In this document: in pieces, positions 1 to 11,874 of the stretch | Numbering within the stretch: position 1 is the first letter of the stretch | How the letters are laid out: every line of letters starts with the position of its first letter | Assembly: GCA_951406725.2 (NCBI GenBank) | Contig: OX597832.1 | Location: 27,094,001 to 27,158,000 of the forward strand | Direction of reading: 5' to 3' | Origin: Octopus vulgaris | Lineage: Eukaryota | DNA: 64,000 nucleotides | Notes under the pieces: model-generated | Databases searched by the model: none | What the model saw: the letters and a program-made list of their open reading frames with translations, nothing else | What the model was told of the DNA's origin: nothing | Made by a program: the position numbers and the translations under genes

Positions 1-236
1 CCAGCATCGGTTGTCAGGCGATGTTGGGGTGGGGGGGACAAACACAGACATACAAACATATACACACATACATATATACGATGGGCTTCTTTCAGTTTCT
101 GTCTACCAAATCCACTCACAAGGCTTTGGTCTGCCCGAGGCTATAGTAGAAGACACTTGCCCAAGGTGCCACGCAGTTGGACTGAACTGGGAACCATGTG
201 GTTGGTAAGCAAGCTACTTACCACACAGCCACTCCA
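1..236 (-). mobile_element. tRNA-derived SINE family A (cut by window edge)
   Basis: Head GGAGTGGCTGTGTGGTAAG...GGTTCC...GTTCAGTCC (A/B-box like), internal CA/TA microsatellite, many near-identical copies in window. Confidence 0.85.
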
Positions 237-691
237 AAGTATAACTAATTTGTGACATACATTTTAAGAACAAAATCTCGTCTGGACCCCAGCTGAAAAC
301 CCCCAATACAGAGAAGTTAAATCTGATTCTTTAGTTGTTATTATAAAACCATTTTATCCAGAGTAGTTGATATCCAAATCTGTTGGACAAAATATCCTGT
401 CTGGTAGTAATTACATCCCTTTGTGTTCACCAATCATTGGTTAGTGACAGGAAGGGCATCCAGTTGCATAAAAAAAAAAGCCCCTCACCAATATGACATT
501 TGCAATAACAAACATTGGTAGCTTTGTGAGAGCCATCTAACTGGGGCCAGCATGGAAATGCTACAGTAGAATAAGGAGTTCAAATCCCACTTGGGCTGAA
601 GTTTCCTTTTCATCCTTCAGTAGATTGATAAAAATAAGGACTAGGTTGATACTTTAGGGTCCATTTTAATCAACTTGTCTTTTTCTGGTCT

Positions 692-900
692 TCATCATCG
701 TTTAACGTCCGTTTTCCGCGCTAGCACGGGTTGGACAGTTCGACCGGGGTCTGAGAAGCCAGGGGCTGCACCAGGGCTGATCTGGCAGAGTTTCTACAGC
801 TGGATGCCCTTCCTGACGCCAACTACTCCATCAGTGTAGTGGGTGCTTTTTACGTGCCACCTGCACAGGTGCCAAGGGGGTCTGGCATCGGCCACGATCG
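692..900 (-). mobile_element. Retroposon 3' part with (GAT)n tail (family D); shorter copies near 1620-1690, 6788-6840, 7505-7590
   Basis: Shared string ccaacccatgccagcatggaaaacggacgttaaacgatgatgatg at four places. Confidence 0.65.
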
Positions 901-1027
901 GCTGCAAAAGCATTTGTATTAATGATGGAAGATTTTTCTGTTTTGACCTTGTAATAACATTATAAGCCATTATAAAGGATTTGTTTTAATATTTTATTTA
1001 TTTATTTTTGTTTTTTTCTGTTGGCAG

Positions 1028-1174
1028 CCAATGACCCATGTTTTGGCCAAGAACATTCAGATGAGCATGTCAACATCGAAACCGGTTTTATTGTCTCTCG
1101 CTATGAAGGACACCTCGCGTGAAACACTTACAGAAGTGATCAAACTGGTACAGCAATGTAAAGTATGGAGTTAA
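1028..1174 (+). CDS. PSMG3: Terminal coding exon of proteasome assembly chaperone 3 (PAC3); upstream exons lie outside the window
   Basis: Polypyrimidine tract and acceptor ttttttttctgttggcag| at 1027. Phase-0 translation PMTHVLAKNIQMSMSTSKPVLLSLAMKDTSRETLTEVIKLVQQCKVWS* matches, from memory, the human PSMG3 C-terminus (PLIHVFAKNL...VLLAVAVKDKS...CQVW). Missed by the ORF track. Confidence 0.9.
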   Translation, partial: PMTHVLAKNIQMSMSTSKPVLLSLAMKDTSRETLTEVIKLVQQCKVWS

Positions 1175-1334
1175 CAGAGTTGAGAAGAAGGAGGAGGAAA
1201 GGTGCTGTCTGCTTGTGTGTCTACGATGCTGGAGGGAATGCTGCTTTAATCACATTTTCTCCTTTGGGAAAATAGAAAAAGAAAAACTTCACCAAATGAT
1301 CCATTTACACGTGGAGGTTGAATGACAGTGGAAT

Positions 1335-1600
1335 TAAATTCAATCGCCAAATGGAAAATTCTGGAGCGATGCAAACCCGACATAAACGGTACTACAAGAT
1401 GCAATTTATGTAATTCTGAAAGAAACCCCCGAAAGAACTTTAATCTAAAACAACCAAAACTGTTATTTAATTTCACTATCAGTATTTCTTATGTGCAACA
1501 CACACTGGATGTAGACATCATACAAGCATCATCTCAAATATGTCCCTTATGGAAGGTCTTTGATAGCCATCTCAGAAACTTGCTGTAAACATGAGATTTA
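1335..1600 (+). mobile_element. Penelope-like element 3' relic (post-GIY-YIG Cys region)
   Basis: KWKILERCKPDINGTTRCNLCNSE resembles the PLE motif KW.IL....PY......CNLCL.EK. Degenerate GAAAC..GTA terminus near 1575-1590. Confidence 0.6.
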
Positions 1601-2029
1601 ACACCGGGGAATTAGTCTGATGCAGCTCCCCAGCTCTGGTCAAACTGTCCAACTCATGCCACCATGGACAACAGACGTTAAATGATGATAACTTCAATGT
1701 GTGTTTTCTCAAGATTTAATGTCTTATGTTCCCTGCTGGCCTGGGTTGGAGGGTTTTCTTGGATTTTTAATGAATCAAGGACTGCAGTGTTTGCTTTGGC
1801 ATGGTTTCTATGACTGGACGTCCTTCCTAATATGCCAACCACTTTATAGTGGGTTCCGGGTGCTTCTTGCCAACTGAGGTTGTCATGCAGCTCACCAGAT
1901 TATAGATTGCAATGGTAGTGGCGGGGTCAGCTTTATGTTGGGAATTTAAGGGATACAGTTGGAGAAAGAGGAGGGGAAGAGCAGGTCCTTATTGTAGAGC
2001 TCATATATATATGTATGTATGTATATATG

Positions 2030-2315
2030 TCATCCTGTGTGAGTTCTGCCCACGACTCTTTCACCACCGACTTGGACTCCAAAGTCACTTTTGGCACAAA
2101 CATCAGCCGAGGAGACTGGATGGAAACTGATGAACCCAGTGCTTGGATACGAGCTGGAGCTGACGTGGTCGAGACAGGTTTTCTACAATTGGGTGCCCTT
2201 CCTGTTGTCTACCCTCACCTGTTTCCATGTATATCCTCTCTGGTTGGACATGTTTTCATGGAAGACTGGTTGGGGGAGCAATGATACCACTTCCAACTAT
2301 CGTGTGATGTCATAA
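2030..2315 (+). mobile_element. RTE-clade LINE 3' fragment with terminal C2H2 finger
   Basis: ILCEFCPRLFHHRLGLQSHFWHKH followed by stop and 3' UTR. Resembles the RTE/BovB C..C.R.F..RIGL.SH...H end. Confidence 0.6.
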
Positions 2316-2531
2316 GTATCTACTTACATGTATAGATACATATGCCAGGCTTCTTTCAGTTTCCATCTACCACATCTGCTTACAAGTTTTCGGCTAGTTT
2401 GGAATTATCGTCGAAGACATTTGGCCAAGGTGCCACACTTTGGCACTGAAACAGAAGCCATGAGTTTGGAAGCTATCTTTTTAACCACAGGACTCTACCT
2501 GTTTATATATATATGTGTGTGTGTGTGTGTA

Positions 2532-2830
2532 TGAAGGTGTATAGCTTAGTGGTTGAGGTGTTGCACTTACGATTGTGGTTCGATTCCCAGACTGGGCATT
2601 GTGTTGTGTTCTTGAGCAAAACACTTCATTTTATGTTGCTCTGCTATCATTTTGTCATCTGACATGTGGTACATCGTACACCTGTACAGGTAATGTTGAT
2701 TTGATGGAAGGAGCGAGAGCTTATGTGCAACACAAATATTTGATCACTATAAAAAAAAAAAGAATCACCTGTGTAGTTGTCCAGTAAGAGATTGCAGAAC
2801 TCTCGTGTCGTCTAACGATAGAGTCCAAGA
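2532..2830 (+). mobile_element. tRNA-derived SINE (family E type); related degenerate copy about 17050-17250
   Basis: Head gaaggtgtatagcttagtggttgagg...ggttcgattcc, then gttgtgttcttgagcaaaacacttcattt shared with the 25912-26152 and 43600-43850 copies. Confidence 0.7.
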
Positions 2831-3508
2831 TGTATACAGACACGTGTGTATGTGTGCATGTTGGTATTTGTATGGTTCTGTAGAAATGGCTATGAACTGA
2901 TTCTTTACCAATGTGTTGGTGTCAGAGCAAGCTTCCTTTTTTTGACAGACATCCTCGTAAGCGGAGTACCCATGTTATTACTTCGTTAATAATATCTCCC
3001 TGAATGACCCGGTATTATGCTTTTTCTATGTTTCTCTTTATTTGCAAATCATGGAAAGAAAATAAAAGATTCTTTTGTATTTTTGAAGATGCATAATTGA
3101 ATTAATATTTTAAAATGTTCTCTCAAGAAGCAGGTTACAAGACATGACTCATCCTTGGGCAAGCTGCACCCATTAAAAGACAAAATTCAAGATAAATTGG
3201 TTAATATTTACAATATTACCTGGAAACAAAATAACAAAAAAAATATAGTGCAATGGATGTAACCCATGCCCCACGTTGGGAATCATGGCAACTCATCTTT
3301 GGCAGCCGAGGGGACTGGAGCAACATGAAATATGAGACTTGCTCAAAGCACACATACCAAGTTATACGAGTATATTGCTTTACTGTCAGATGCTGTTACT
3401 GTCACTAACTCTCGCCTGTTTTTCAAGTAAGGAATATCATATTTCATGTCTTCACAGCCATGCCTGCATCTATACACAACAACTCTATAAACCAGATGGT
3501 ATAAAGAT

Positions 3509-3514
3509 TTTATT
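3509..3514 (-). promoter_or_regulatory. Candidate polyadenylation signal (AATAAA) of NDUFA11
   Basis: tttatt on + strand, about 90 nt past the stop codon. Confidence 0.45.
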
Positions 3515-3601
3515 TGAAAATCAAGTTTATATACAGAAATATATATCTACCTGGAAAAGAAAAAAAAATCCAATTTTAATTAATTAAACAGGTGGCTACT
3601 A

Positions 3602-3801
3602 TTAATCGTCTTCTTTACCAACTACAGGACTTCTTGTGACTAAGAAGCTGCGTCTGTAATGGTCAAAATCCAAAGTGGTGCTTGGTGTATTGTAGACACT
3701 GCTAGGGTAGAACTTGACTCCGTTTTCGTGACAGATTTTGTTGATACAACAGAAACCAGCAAAAAGAAAGGCGGCCACCCAACCTGTGGCTGGGTTCTTG
3801 T
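3602..3801 (-). CDS. NDUFA11: NDUFA11 terminal coding exon 4 (200 nt incl. stop)
   Basis: Acceptor ttttctctttccccag|, (Y)KNPATGWVAAFLFAGFCCINKICHENGVKFYPSS...GKEDD*. Spliced CDS 130+96+120+200=546 nt, 181 aa. Confidence 0.9.
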
Positions 3802-3960
3802 CTGGGGAAAGAGAAAATTGAAACAAAAATGGTCGTTTTAGTAATTTATTTTTAATCATTAAGAAATTATTAAGAGCTGGCAGTATGGTAATTGCACAAC
3901 AAGATTAAATACTTTGAGGCATTTCTGGCTGTTTATGTTCTGAGTTCAAATCCTATGAGG

Positions 3961-4105
3961 ATGTGGTAAGTAGCTTGCTTACCAACCACATGGTTCCGGG
4001 TTCAGTCCCACTGCGTGGCACCTTGGGCAAGTGTCTTCTACTGTAACCTCGGGCCTACCAAAGCTTTGTGAATGGATTTGGTAGACGGAAACTGAAAGAA
4101 GCCTG
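3961..4105 (+). mobile_element. SINE family A 5' half (NDUFA11 intron 3)
   Basis: gtggtaagtagcttgcttaccaaccacatggttccgggttcagtccc...ctgaaagaagcc. Confidence 0.85.
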
Positions 4106-4106
4106 T

Positions 4107-4556
4107 TTATATATATGTGTATATACATATATATGTATATACATATATATGTATATATACATGTATATACATATATACATGTATATACATATATACACAT
4201 ATATACATGTATATACATATATACATGTATATACATATATATACATGTATATACATATATACACATATATACATGTATATACATATATACATGTATATAC
4301 ATATATACACGTATATACACGTATATACACGTATATACACATATATACGTATATACACGTATATACACATATATATGTATATACACATATATATGTATAC
4401 ACATATATACATATATATGTATATAATGTATATACATATACGTGTATACATATACGTATATACATATGCATATGTATATGCATATGTATATACATGTGTA
4501 TGTATATGTATATACACATGTATATGTATATACATATTATTTTACAGATATATATA
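4107..4556. repeat. Compound purine-pyrimidine microsatellite (TA/CA/TG, about 18-bp higher-order units)
   Basis: Repeats such as atatatacatgtatatac; source of the YI/HI ORFs. Confidence 0.95.
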
Positions 4557-4715
4557 ATGGGCTTCTTTTTAGTTTCTATCTACCAAATCTACTCACAAGA
4601 TTTTGGTCGGCCTAAGGTTATAATAAAAGCCACTTGTCCGAGGTGCCATGTAGTGGGATTGAATCCAGAACTATGTGGTTGGGAAGCAAGCTTCTTACCA
4701 CACTGCCACGCCTAT
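4557..4715 (-). mobile_element. SINE family A 5' half, inverted relative to the 3961 copy
   Basis: gggcttctttttagtttctatctaccaaatc...cttaccacactgccacgcct. Confidence 0.8.
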
Positions 4716-4734
4716 GTCTAAAATGTCTAATTCA

Positions 4735-6015
4735 GGTGCAAGAGCACCAGTAATTTTGAGGGGAGGGACCAGTTGATACCACAATCCTCAGCATTTGACT
4801 GGTACTTTATTGACCCCTAAAAGGATGAAAAATAAAGTTCACCTGAGTGGGATTTGAAATCCCACCAAACCAGAAGAAATACCACAAGGCATTTTGATGC
4901 TGATTTTGCTAATCCACTGCCCTTCATAATCATTTTGAATTTTGGTTCAAGGCCAGAAACGTCAAGTAGAGGGTATTGGCCGATGCCACCAACTTCAGCA
5001 TTTGATTGCTGCTTTATTTTATGAACCCCAGAGAGATGAAAAGCAGAGTTGACCTCAGCAAGATTTGAACTCAAAATGCATGAAATACTGCAATGCAGTT
5101 TTTCAACACTGCAAATCCACCACCCAAAATACTTATTTAATTCTTTCTAAATTTGGCTTATTTCCTGTAATTTTGAGAGGGGATAGTTAGTTAATTTTTT
5201 GGCTCAAAAAGCAAGGCCATGTAGGGGGACATGGAGTTATGTACAGGGTGGTGTTCATGTAAAGAGTTCAGGCCACTTGTGGTCAAGGGAGACTTTGAAC
5301 CGAGCGGTCGTCGGCATCCTCACCATCTTGTCCGGCAGCTTATTTCACGGATCCGCAACCCAGACGGAGAAAGCCCCTCTCCTTCGATTGAGATGAAATC
5401 GTCGCAGATAGAGCTTTTCGGAATGACCCCGGAAGTTCATTACACGGACCCCAGTACTCAACTGGTATTTATTTTATCAACCCCAAAAGAATGAAAGGCA
5501 AAGGTGACCTTGGTGGAATTTGAACTCGAAACTTAAAGATTCAGATGAAAAACTGCCAAGCATTTTGTCTCATGCTCCACTTTAATAATAATAATAATAA
5601 TAATAAATAATCCATATAAGAACAAGGCCTGAAATTTCGAGGGAGGGGGCTTAGTTGATTACATAGACCCCCCAGTGCTCAAGGGATACTTATTTGATTG
5701 ACCTCCAAAAAGGACAGGGGGCAAAGGTGACCTTGGTAGAATTTGAACTCAGAACGAAAGGTTTTTTGTTTATTATGCTAACGATTCTGCCAAGTAATAA
5801 TCCTTACTACTATAGGCTCAAGGCCTGAAATTTTGGGGGAGGGGTAAGTAGATTACATTGACCCCAGTGTGTAACTGGTACTTATTTCATCGACCCTGAA
5901 ATGATGAAAAGGCGAAGTCGACCCTTGGCAGAATTTGAACTCAGAACATAAAGAGAGCGAAATACTGCCAAGGAATTTGCCTGGCGTGCTAAGAGCTTCA
6001 CCAACTCAACACCTT
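4735..6015 (-). mobile_element. Cluster of about 5 older SINE family B copies (Meta/MESC-like central domain)
   Basis: Repeated ccccagt..ctggtact..gacccc.aaaggatgaaaggcaaagtcgacct..ggaatttgaactc units. Confidence 0.75.
5186..5433 (-). mobile_element. CR1-type LINE 3' fragment nested in a family B SINE
   Basis: RGHSEKLYLRRFHLNRRRGAFSVWVADP*NKLPDKMVRMPTTARFKVSLDHKW matches the CR1/L2 ORF2 C-terminal RGH..KL...F..RV...WN.LP......FK..LD..W pattern. (TAAC)-type tail. Confidence 0.8.
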
Positions 6016-6137
6016 AATAATAAGAAGAAAAAGGAATATTTTTGTGTGTAACACTGTGTAAATTGAGAAATGTATGGAAATAGTACAAAGCCTTGTTGTT
6101 GGTAGAAAAATTGAAATAATATTCAAGTTTTACTCAC

Positions 6138-6257
6138 ATCTCACACCCCAAATGGAACCAGCAACAAAACCACCGACAACATGGTTTAATGGGTCGTCTT
6201 TCTTTCTGATATTGGCCACGATTCCTGTTATAGCTGGGTAGGCAGCACCTATGGCAG
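6138..6257 (-). CDS. NDUFA11: NDUFA11 coding exon 3 (120 nt)
   Basis: Acceptor attccag|, (A)AIGAAYPAITGIVANIRKKDDPLNHVVGGFVAGSIWGVR+T, donor |gtgagt. Contains the Tim17-family/NDUFA11 R.K.DDPLN...GG..AG signature. Confidence 0.93.
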
Positions 6258-6392
6258 CTGGAATATTAATAGAGAGAGAGAGAGATTCAGTACAACAGCT
6301 TCAATGGTATAAAAACTATCTCACATCACAGCTACAATGGTATAACAACAGGATATCTCACATAACAGCTACAAGGGAATAATAACAGGATA

Positions 6393-6645
6393 TTGCCGTT
6401 GGGGACTTCGGTTCCTGGTAGGGCCACCCAAGGCAGATTGGTCTGGCACCGAGCAGTATTAGGGCCGCGAAAATTCCAAGAGGCATCTGATCGGCAACCA
6501 GCGGCTTTGAGGTTGTTCTGTCCCTGCGTCTGTGGAGACTCCACAGCAAACAGGGCGTCCCGTCACTCGGGATATGCATGCGGGATGTTGGGGACCACTT
6601 GTGAATTCAATATTCCCACAAATCTTCTATGAACCCTACTACTAC
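6393..6645. repeat. Unclassified dispersed repeat, copy 1
   Basis: Near-identical to 10044-10312 (ctgtccctgcgtctgtggagactcca...ggggaccacttgtgaattcaatattccca). Confidence 0.8.
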
Positions 6646-6859
6646 TTTATAAGGGTGAGTAGCAGTAAGCAGGAAGATGGATGTATATTATGTATATAGG
6701 ATCATGAAGCTGCTTAAAAAGAATGGAACTAAATGTGGTTGAATAAATAAAGTGGTGTATAGATACCAAACGCAACAAAAATGAGATTCATCATCATCAT
6801 CGTTTAATGTCCGTTTTCCATGCTGGCATGGGTTGGACATATTTGGAATGAACAATCAG

Positions 6860-7053
6860 AGGTAATGTAAAATGGATTATTTACAACAATGTTAAGTGAA
6901 GAAGGTCCTGGCAAAAACAAAATGAACTGCCTTTCATCACTCCCAAATCTATTTAGTATCCAACGGTGATGATTTGTATCTGGTGGGAACAGAAGGACAT
7001 TGTGTATTATGAGCTCCTTCTAGAATATCAGGGGTCAAATTCAGACAGCTACT
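6860..7053 (+). mobile_element. Mariner transposase fragment (degenerate)
   Basis: GNVKWIIYNNVK*RRSW...TPK...VMICIWWEQKDIVYYELL matches the mariner GDEKWI.YDN..R.RSW and K.ML.IWWD..G.IYYELL motifs. Confidence 0.75.
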
Positions 7054-7103
7054 TGAAAAGAAAATGGGACAAAGTTTTGTTCTGACCCTATATATATATA
7101 ACT

Positions 7104-7487
7104 GTAGAGGAGCAATGGCCCAGTGGTTAGGGCAACAGACTCACGGTCGTAGGATTGCGGTTTCAAATCCCAGACTGGGCATTGTGAGCATTTATTGAGC
7201 AAAAACACCTAAAGCTCCATGAGGCTCCAGCAGGAGGTGGTGGCGAACCCTGCTGTAACTCTTTCACCACAATTTTCTCTCACTCTTACTTCCTGTTTCT
7301 GTTGTACCTCTGTTTCAAAGGGGCCGACCTTGTCACACTCTGTCATGCTGAATCTCCCTGAGAACTACATTAAGGTTACACGTGTCAGTGGAGTGCTCAG
7401 ACACTTGCACCTTAATTTCACAAGCAAGCTGTCCCATTGATCGGATCAACTGGAACCCTCGTTATCGTAATTGACAGAGTGCCACAA
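7104..7487 (+). mobile_element. tRNA-derived SINE family C
   Basis: Head ggagcaatggcccagtggttagggc...ggtttcaaatccc. Homologous to 17633-17994 and 26991-27389. Confidence 0.85.
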
Positions 7488-8462
7488 TACATATAATCAC
7501 TAGAGAGCTCCCCAGCTTACCAGTTTTCAGTCAAGCCGTCCAACCCATGCCAGCATGGAAAACAGACGTTAAATGCAGCTGATGATGAGCAGTGCCTGTT
7601 GTTCAGGCCTAAGTTGGCCTTGCTCCAATTTCATCCCTCATTAAGGCCATGGCCACTTGACCATCCTGATTTCTTTTTTTTTAATTATATCATCAGAGAT
7701 TTTCTCCTAAAGTCCTTAAACTGAAACAAGAACCCATTGAAAACATTAAATTTCTTTCTTTCTAGAGTCCTTAGACACAGAAGGAACCCCTGTTTATAAT
7801 ATCAGACATTTCTTTCCCTCTTGAGCCCAGAAACAGAAAAGGGACCTTGTCTATAAAGACAGATATCTCTTTGTCCCACAGGAAATTCATTTATTATTGA
7901 GACGACAGCAATGCTGTACAGACCTGAAGGTGAAAGCAGGAGACCCCAGCATGGACAACTGAATGGCTGGATTGGGGGTTCTGGAACATCAGGGGTGGGG
8001 TGCAGACGTATAATTTAAATAAAAATGACCAAAGAGAGATAACTCAGCGTGGCAAGAGGGAGGGATATGAACGACGTAGACAAATAAAGGTATATCAAAT
8101 ACTACACAATATAAATCCCTGATTTATTTAAAATCATTTCCATCTCTATCGTAATTACCAAATTGCAATTGAGATCATCTGCATATGAGACAGGGGAGAT
8201 AATCTCAAGAATCAAGTGGTCTCCAAAACTGACATACCACAAAGAAAAAGGACAGTTGTGGACGCATGTGGCTAATTAAAGAGATATAATCAGAGCAAAG
8301 TGAATGGTGGAAAAACACTGGGGGGGGGTGTGGCATATTTAATTCTTTTTATGGAATGGGAGGGGGACATAAAGTACGTGGGTTCATGCAAAGGTGGGGC
8401 TACAAACAATGAAAGCCGCTTCTAGGAACAAACTAAGTTTACCTTAGAGTAAAATAACTTAC

Positions 8463-8558
8463 CCAGTGGACCAGACAAGCCGACAACCTTCATTCCAATA
8501 TTAGTTGGTGTAAAGTGAGTCAACGTCCTCAGGGAATCTATCACTCCAAAGCCCACAC
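8463..8558 (-). CDS. NDUFA11: NDUFA11 coding exon 2 (96 nt)
   Basis: Acceptor ttttgtttgcag|, (G)VGFGVIDSLRTLTHFTPTNIGMKVVGLSGPL+G, donor |gtaagt. Phase 1 at both ends keeps frame. Confidence 0.88.
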
Positions 8559-8619
8559 CTGCAAACAAAAAAAAAAGAAATAGAAAAGAAAAAAGGAATA
8601 AAAATAAATTAGATAAAAA

Positions 8620-9197
8620 GGCACAGGCATGGCTGTGTGGTAAGAAGCTTGCTTACCAACCACATGGTTCTGGGTTCGGTCCCATTGCGTGGAACCTTGG
8701 GCTAGTGTCTTCTACTATAGTTTCAGGCTGCTCAAAACCTTGTGAGTGGATTCGGTAGATGGAAACTGAAGGAAGCTCATCATATATATGTATAGGTGTA
8801 GGAGTGGCTGTGGTAAGTACCTTGCTTACCAACCACATGGTTCCGGGTTCAGTCCCACTGCGTGACACCTTGGGCAAGTGTCTTCTACTATAGCCTTGGG
8901 CCGACCAAAGCCTTGTGAGTGGATTTGGTAGACAGAAACTGAAAAAAGCCTGTTGTATATATGTATATGTATATATATATATGTGTGTGTTTGTGCATCT
9001 GTCTTTGTCCCCCAACATCACTTGACAACCGATGCTGGTGTGTTTACGTCCCCATAACTTAGCAGTTCGGCAAAAAAGACTGATAGAATAAGTACTAAGC
9101 TTACAAAGAATAAGTCCTGGGGTCGATTTGCTTGACTAAAGGTGGTGCTCCAGCATGGCCACAGTCAAAATGACTGAAACGAGAGAGTAAAGAGAGT
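8620..9197 (+). mobile_element. Two tandem SINE family A copies (5' half, then full length)
   Basis: Heads at about 8620 and 8795. Full tail ...ggtgctccagcatggccacagtcaaaatgactgaaac + (gagtaa/gaga) repeats. Confidence 0.85.
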
Positions 9198-9789
9198 ATG
9201 TGTGTCGGTGTATGTCTCCCACCACTGCTTGACAATCAGTATTGGTGTGTCAGTGTGTCCTTGGCAACTGGATGGGTGTACACCCGTAGAAAATCTGCCT
9301 TAACACACTCTGTCTCATTTATCATGGAAAAGTAGACACTTAAAACAATGAGGAGGATACATGTATTTATTGTTATATCAACTTCTCCCTTCAGGCAAGA
9401 ACTGGAAGGGAGTTTATGGTGGGTAGGCACTGTTCAAAGAGAGAATGTCCTTCCAGATGCTAGTCCTTTTAATCGCTTCTTACAACAAACAGGGACACAG
9501 TGTGCTTAAACTAAAAGCTGGGATATGACACACAGATTAAACAAAAACTGGAAGGTCATGGATGTAGCATAACTGATCATAGGTCTGCTGCTGGAAAACA
9601 GTGACCCAGGGTTAAACAGCAGCAATCAGCAAGAATGCTTTCTCATGTCTCCTAACAATCACAACATAGGCTTTAACATCTATTTAGGGCCATACGACCA
9701 TCTTGGGTTATGTCAAGGTTTTCCAGGTTCTCTCCATCACAAACTATAAACAAACACAAAACAATTTAGACTTCCCATCATTGGCTGTA

Positions 9790-10330
9790 CTTGTACTTGT
9801 GATGGCGCTCACCCAGGGCGGGTTGAGCTGGCTTCTTCTCTGGTCCTGAAGGCATCACAAACCATGGTGGCTCATGCTCGACAGTCCTGTGAGGTCACTG
9901 GAGATAGTGAGCCATTCACAGTTCCATCTGAGCAGACCAATCACCTGTGGACCTGAGAGTTCAGAGAGGTCCTCCTTTATCTACCATAAAGTTCAACCCC
10001 TCCTCAAAGCAGTAGGGTGGTGTAAACAGGCAGTGTCAGAGTTATGCCGCTGGGAAGTTCGGTTTCTGGTAGGACCACCCGAGGCGGATTGGTCTGGCAC
10101 CGAGCAGTACTAGGGCCGCAGCTTGGCCAATGGTGAAAATTCCAAGAGGCGTCTGATTGGCAACCGGCGGCTTCAAGGTCATTCTGTCCCTGCGTCTGTG
10201 GAGACTCCATGGCAAACAGGGTGTCCCATCACTTGGGATGTGCATGCAGGATGTCGGGGACCACTTGTGAATTCAATATTCCCATGAAATTTCTTCTACG
10301 AATCCTACTACTACCATGGCTATAAATACG
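9790..10330. repeat. Unclassified dispersed repeat, longer copy 2
   Basis: GC-richer block whose 10044-10312 part matches 6393-6645. Confidence 0.7.
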
Positions 10331-10926
10331 AATGCATCATCGGATGTGGCCCACCTCCCCACTCAACAGGGAAGCAGCACAGTTCACCGTGGCCACAACT
10401 GTTGTTCCTTCTACACATTCCATGTCACATGTTTGATTACATTAGAATATTACTACAATTTGCATATGCTTTATATGCACTTTTGACAAGTTGTGGTGCA
10501 CCTGAGCACTGTATACAATAATTTCATTATTATTATTTTCAATTGAATTTCCTACACATGTGTCTATATATACAAGCGCGTGTGTTATCTGAGAAGTTTT
10601 CAAATCATGACTATAAATAATGTACATTAAACATTTTTATAAGGGAACGGTGGAAAGAAGTTGTGATGTGAATGCATTTTTTATGCATAGGCGTTAAGCT
10701 GGACACACAGACACACACACGTTTTACGCATGATTTATAGTCAAGGAAGATTACGCATACAATTAAGTCAAATTTCAAATCAATATCTACAAAGGAAAAC
10801 AGTGACTTCGAAGTCTCACCTGTCGTTTAATTCTCTCCTTTACACAGGTCAAACTGAAGCGTTTGACCCGGTCATAAAAACTATACACATACATAAATAC
10901 GTATATAAACTCAGCTAATATATAAT

Positions 10927-10957
<31 letters not shown>

Positions 10958-11123
10958 GAAATAAAAAAATCTCTGAACGAGGTATAAACAGTAGGTGCAC
11001 GACAATGTGTGATGTATATTTGCCAACTAAATGTGGCTAACCACTAAGGGTGGATGCTACTGTAGCTTGTAGCCCCGGGAGGACATCTTCTCTAGCTGGC
11101 TATTGACACACTTTCTGTGCCCT

Positions 11124-11168
<45 letters not shown>

Positions 11169-11395
11169 CAAATTAATAAATAAAACATATGCATACATAC
11201 ATATACATACCTACATCTATATGTATATATACATGCATATATGAGTGTAGGACACTAAAAAAACCCCCCAAAAACGTAGAAGACAACGAGAAACGAAAAC
11301 ATATATATATATACACATACATACATATATATATATATAGATATATATACATACATATATATATATATAGATATATATACATATATATATATATG

Positions 11396-11450
<55 letters not shown>

Positions 11451-11551
11451 ATATATATATAATGTAAACATTTCTGGCACCGAATTGGTTCGATTCGGTG
11501 AAAAGAAAGTCACATTTGGACACCAAATAACCCCGACTGAGCCACACTCAC

Positions 11552-11681
11552 CGACATAAGCACCAAAGGCGCTGCTCTGCAGGCTTTTCATCAGTATATC
11601 CTCACCGTCAGGTGTGGAGAAGAGGTCTGGCGCTAGGCTTCTCTTGAATACAATCCTGTCTTCACCCGATTCAAACGGCAT
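11552..11681 (-). CDS. NDUFA11: NADH:ubiquinone oxidoreductase subunit A11, coding exon 1
   Basis: caaaATG start. [43 protein letters not shown]+G, donor G|gtgagt (phase 1). PDGED matches the conserved NDUFA11 N-terminal PDGxD motif. Confidence 0.88.
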
Positions 11682-11874
11682 TTTGAGGAGTTGGACGGGT
11701 TTCGATCCCCGCTTCAGGAAGGACGAGTGGTGATGACCTTCTCTCACTTTAACCACAATGCATCAGTAAGTGGGCGGCGATTGCCTCCCTTGCTATGAAA
11801 AGGTTAACCTTAGTTACTTCCCTTATTTAAAGCCCATAGAAGCGAAAAGCAACTCTTTTGTAGCAGATTTATGA

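Noticed and set aside
11682-11756. Longer N-terminus of NDUFA11 suggested by ORF 11217..11756
   Set aside because: Begins at GTG; the first in-frame ATG in good context is at 11681.
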